A model generated the notes under the pieces. It was not told the origin of the DNA. It searched no databases and worked only from the letters and a program-made list of their open reading frames with translations. From positions 32,001 to 96,000 of the forward strand of contig JBMOPW010000011.1 in the NCBI GenBank assembly GCA_049322915.1: a DNA stretch of 64,000 nucleotides, given 5' to 3'. Source of the stretch: Candidatus Zhuqueibacterota bacterium. GTDB taxonomy: Bacteria > Zhuqueibacterota > Zhuqueibacteria > Thermofontimicrobiales > Thermofontimicrobiaceae. A program made the translations under genes and the position numbers. Of the stretch, positions 60,767-64,000 are shown piece by piece; positions within the stretch are counted from its first letter, which is position 1; every line of letters begins with the position of its first letter.

Positions 60767-60895
60767 TTGACATATCCCTTCATGCGTTACACTATCCTCA
60801 ACCTCTTCGCCGGCGTGCAGCCCCTTGCTCCGCTGGCGATGCCTCTTCAGCCCCATGTCGTCAGTTCAAGATATTACCATTTTCCATTGAACGAT

Positions 60896-60959
60896 CACCC
60901 TGATTTTTCGGGGTGGAATTAGAAAAAATAATATTTTGGAAACCGTTTTAACGGTTTCC
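60896..60959. repeat. REP-like double palindrome
   Basis: CACCCTGATTTTTCGGGGTG followed by GGAAACCGTTTTAACGGTTTCC. Confidence 0.6.
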
Positions 60960-61047
60960 CACATTAACTACCTTGCTCCCTTAAACTGAAGGCTATGCTC
61001 TTCAGCCCCCTTCTTCAAATCAACCCGAGTCCCTTCCTGACTGCTGG

Positions 61048-62898
61048 TCAGTGCGCGCCATTCCTGTAAATCGGAAGATAAATCGTGAACACCGTTCCCA
61101 CACCTTCCTTGCTTTCCACCTGCACATCGCCTCCTTCTTTCTTTAAAATCGTATGCGATACATACATGCCCAGTCCGGTGCCCTGTCCCACTTCGCGCGT
61201 GGTGAAAAATGGCGAGAAAATGTGCGGCAGATTTTTCTTGGCAATACCGCAGCCGTTATCCTCAATTTTCACCACCACATTTTCATCCGCTTTCACCAGG
61301 GTTGATATTTTCAACTCTCCCCCGTCGGACATGGCCTGTTGCGCATTGAAAATAATGCTCATCAGCACCTGCTTCAGCGAATCCAGGTTGAAGAAAACAT
61401 CAGGCAAATCCTTACTGTAGTCCGGTTTGTATTCGATGTTTCGGGCGCGAAGCTCTTTTTGAATGAGCGATACGGTCTTGTCGATCAATTCGTTGATCCG
61501 AATCGGTTCGCACTCAACGCGGGAGCGCCGGGAAAATTCCAGCAGATTATTGATGATCGTGGATGCGCGGTGAATATTTTTCGAGATCATCTCCAGTTTA
61601 TCGGCGATGTCAAAATCCTCGTCCTCGATTGATTCTGCAATGGAGTAACGCGCCGCCTCGATGATGTTCAAAGGATTCCTGATTTCGTGGGCAATGCCCG
61701 AAGAGAGCATGCCGATGGTGGCGAGCTTCTCGGACTGTATCAGCGTCTGTTGCAACCGCCGCTCCGCGCTTACATCCTGCATGATCATAACCACCTGCTT
61801 GGATTGCGTCTCGAAATTTGAAAATGGGTGGCTGCGGATCAGGTAATTCTCCTGATCCGTGGCGCGCTCCATCATTTCCATTTTTTTCGATTCGAACGTC
61901 AACAGCGCGGGACAGCCGGGGCACGGTTCGCTGGTATGAAAAAAATAGCTGTAGCACCGCTGACCGATCATCGCTTTGAAAGTCGAATGATGCAGTTCCG
62001 CTGCTTTTCGGTTAGCCAGGATGATGTTGAAATCCTGGTCAATGACATAAATAATATCCAGAATGCTATCGAACAAAAGGCTGAGCCGTTTTTTGCTCTC
62101 CAGGATGGCGTCTTCCAGGCGTTTCTTTTCGGTCACGTCGCGCACAACTTTCTGGATGACTTTGAACGAACCATAATCCACCAGACTCACGCTCACGTCG
62201 ATGGGCACCCGTTCGCCCTGGCGCGTCAAAATAGCCAGATCATCGAAACTACCGTGACCCTGCTTTTTTGTCTGCGCATTGATCTGCTTGAGCCGGGCCA
62301 GGTACTCGACCGGATGAATCTGGCGGACGAACATGCCAATTAACTCCTCGCGACTATAACCGGTCAATTGAGAGGCGCGGCGATTGACGTCCAATATTTT
62401 CCCGCTGGTCGGATGTTCAATGAAGATGGCGTCATTGGCGCTTTCAATGAGATTCTGATATTTGCGCTCCGTCTGAAACAGCCGTTGTTCCAGTTCAAAC
62501 TTATCAATCGCCTGCTGAATGACGCGCGGCAGCACATGCATGTAGCCTTTGTCTTTGATGAGATAATCATACGCGCCCTGCTTCATTGCTTTGACCGCGA
62601 TTTTTTCATCCCCTTTTCCGGTGACCAGCACCACAGGAATCTCCTGCCGCAGTTTTTTCACCTCGCTCAAAATCTCCAGCCCGGACATCATCGGCAGGTC
62701 GTAATCGAGAATGACCACATTCACCGGCCGTTCGCTTCTGAGAATTTCCAGGCATTCCGGCCCGGACTGGGCAACGATCACGTCGAATTTGACCTCTTGC
62801 TTTTTGAGAATGATTTCCATCAACTGAGCGTGATCCACATTATCCTCGACAAGCAGCACATGAATGGGTTCAGAACGAGTCATTTTTTGTTCCGGCAT
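61048..62898 (-). CDS. Hybrid sensor kinase REC-PAS-PAS-HisKA-HATPase
   Basis: LVEDN, LDYDLP, two PAS repeats ending RDVT/QDVS, AHEIRNP, DNGCG, FFTT, GTGLG. Confidence 0.93.
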   Translation of the reverse strand: MPEQKMTRSEPIHVLLVEDNVDHAQLMEIILKKQEVKFDVIVAQSGPECLEILRSERPVNVVILDYDLPMMSGLEILSEVKKLRQEIPVVLVTGKGDEKIAVKAMKQGAYDYLIKDKGYMHVLPRVIQQAIDKFELEQRLFQTERKYQNLIESANDAIFIEHPTSGKILDVNRRASQLTGYSREELIGMFVRQIHPVEYLARLKQINAQTKKQGHGSFDDLAILTRQGERVPIDVSVSLVDYGSFKVIQKVVRDVTEKKRLEDAILESKKRLSLLFDSILDIIYVIDQDFNIILANRKAAELHHSTFKAMIGQRCYSYFFHTSEPCPGCPALLTFESKKMEMMERATDQENYLIRSHPFSNFETQSKQVVMIMQDVSAERRLQQTLIQSEKLATIGMLSSGIAHEIRNPLNIIEAARYSIAESIEDEDFDIADKLEMISKNIHRASTIINNLLEFSRRSRVECEPIRINELIDKTVSLIQKELRARNIEYKPDYSKDLPDVFFNLDSLKQVLMSIIFNAQQAMSDGGELKISTLVKADENVVVKIEDNGCGIAKKNLPHIFSPFFTTREVGQGTGLGMYVSHTILKKEGGDVQVESKEGVGTVFTIYLPIYRNGAH

Positions 62899-63135
62899 GA
62901 AACTTCCTCGCAGGTCGGTTTATGAAAGAATGAATTGATCGCCGCAGATCACCCTCGAAATCCACCGCGCCAGGCGCGCCGCCGAAGCATGGCACCCCGG
63001 CAGATGCGAATGCGGACAGTCGCAATTGCGGTATCCGTTCGCTCATGGGTGAGGCGTCATTGGCGTTGAGGCGGCAGTCCCCGCGGCGATTGGGTCAGCG
63101 GCGGGTCGCCCAATTCCGGCGTGGTTGGGCCTTGC

Positions 63136-63960
63136 TCAGTAGATGATGTCCCCATCGTCAAAATCCGAATCCGATTCAGTTGCAGCGTTTCGCGGTAACG
63201 TGAAGAAGAACGTGCTGCCCTTGCCGCGGGCAGATTCCACCCATATTTCGCCGCCATGTTTTTCAATGATGCGTTTGGTAATGATAAGCCCCAGCCCGGT
63301 TCCCCGCGCGCCCTTTTTATTTTCCAGCCGACCGAATAATTGAAAGATTTTACTCTGGTCGGCCAGGGCAATGCCCACGCCATTATCCTCCACATAAAAT
63401 TTGTGAAAAATCTCTCCGTCAATATACCCGACTTCCACAACCGGCGCGTCGGTATTTTTGGAATATTTAATGGCATTGCTCAGTAAATTGGTCAGCACCC
63501 GAAGCATGAAACTGCGGTGGCAAAAGATGTGCGGTAAATTTTTGGAGATCGCTATTTTCACCTGGCTGGTTCGAATCTGAAAACTCAGTTCGTCCATGGC
63601 CTCGCGCAGCAGATCGGCAAAATCCACCCGTTCGCATTCTTCGAGATCCACGTGGATGCGGGTGTAATCGAGCAGGCGTTCCACGAGTTGTTCCATTTGA
63701 TCCAGATTGTTGACGATGCGTTCGAGGTATTCCTGTATCTCCTTGTCCAGGTCTTTGATATGATAAACCTGCAGCAGTTCAGAATAGCCGCGCATGGAGA
63801 CGATGGGCGTTTTCAGTTCGTGCGACACCGTGTACAGATACTGGTGCAGTTCCTCATTTTTCTCCTTCAGCAGCGCCTCCCTGGATTTCAGCTTGCGCCG
63901 CAATTCCAGGTTCTCGCGCTTTAGCGTGTCTACATCCACTCTTATCTCTGTTGTGTCCAT
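63136..63960 (-). CDS. Cytoplasmic histidine kinase without a sensor domain
   Basis: Short coiled coil, then SHELKTP, NLLSNAIKY, DNGVG, GTGLGL; GAGGGG 10 nt before ATG 63960. Confidence 0.9.
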   Translation of the reverse strand: MDTTEIRVDVDTLKRENLELRRKLKSREALLKEKNEELHQYLYTVSHELKTPIVSMRGYSELLQVYHIKDLDKEIQEYLERIVNNLDQMEQLVERLLDYTRIHVDLEECERVDFADLLREAMDELSFQIRTSQVKIAISKNLPHIFCHRSFMLRVLTNLLSNAIKYSKNTDAPVVEVGYIDGEIFHKFYVEDNGVGIALADQSKIFQLFGRLENKKGARGTGLGLIITKRIIEKHGGEIWVESARGKGSTFFFTLPRNAATESDSDFDDGDIIY

Positions 63961-64000
63961 TGCTGTCAATCCCCTCGTTGGAAAAAACTATGGAATATCA

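Noticed and set aside
60756..60773. Five-codon ORF overlapping the TTG start of the sigma54 activator
   Set aside because: Its ATG is only 1 nt from the SD sequence, so initiation is unlikely.
1..64000. CRISPR arrays, tRNA/rRNA genes, transposases, integrases, prophage or known defence genes
   Set aside because: None recognised by eye or in the ORF track; a small or divergent RNA could have been missed without Infernal/tRNAscan.

Overview
Bacterial chromosomal window. Three proteins carry QNYPNPFN/FlgD-Ig 'secretion tail' C-termini, and genes use canonical TTGACA/TATAAT-type promoters and Shine-Dalgarno sites. This suggests a non-Bacteroidota FCB-group lineage such as KSB1/Calditrichota (inference only). 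In order, the window holds: a GDSL hydrolase; an iron locus (Fur box, fur, feoB, DtxR-FeoA fusion); a PDZ-multiTM-GAF-PP2C phosphatase; a run of secreted enzymes (BNR propeller, CBM9-like protein, CotH kinase, beta-lactamase-like/alpha-beta-hydrolase fusion, GH9-CE4 fusion); csp; a kinase with a degenerate receiver; a radical SAM gene; a dcw cluster (mraZ-rsmH-ftsL-ftsI-murF-mraY-ftsW-ftsQ-ftsA-ftsZ) lacking murE, murD, murG, murC, murB and ddl; fbaB; znuACB-like; a GH38 locus; an M23 peptidase; DUF116; a NifU-C protein; and a three-protein phosphorelay ending in a sigma54 activator. The best candidate for an undescribed system is a six-gene operon at 51.6-57.7 kb. It encodes a TonB-N-like membrane anchor, two short+long pairs of paralogous secreted helical proteins and a sixth secreted protein. 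It sits behind a sigma54-like promoter with three TGT-N11-ACA boxes, about 2 kb from the sigma54 activator. No rRNA, tRNA, CRISPR array or transposase was recognised; several REP/MITE-like palindromes are present.
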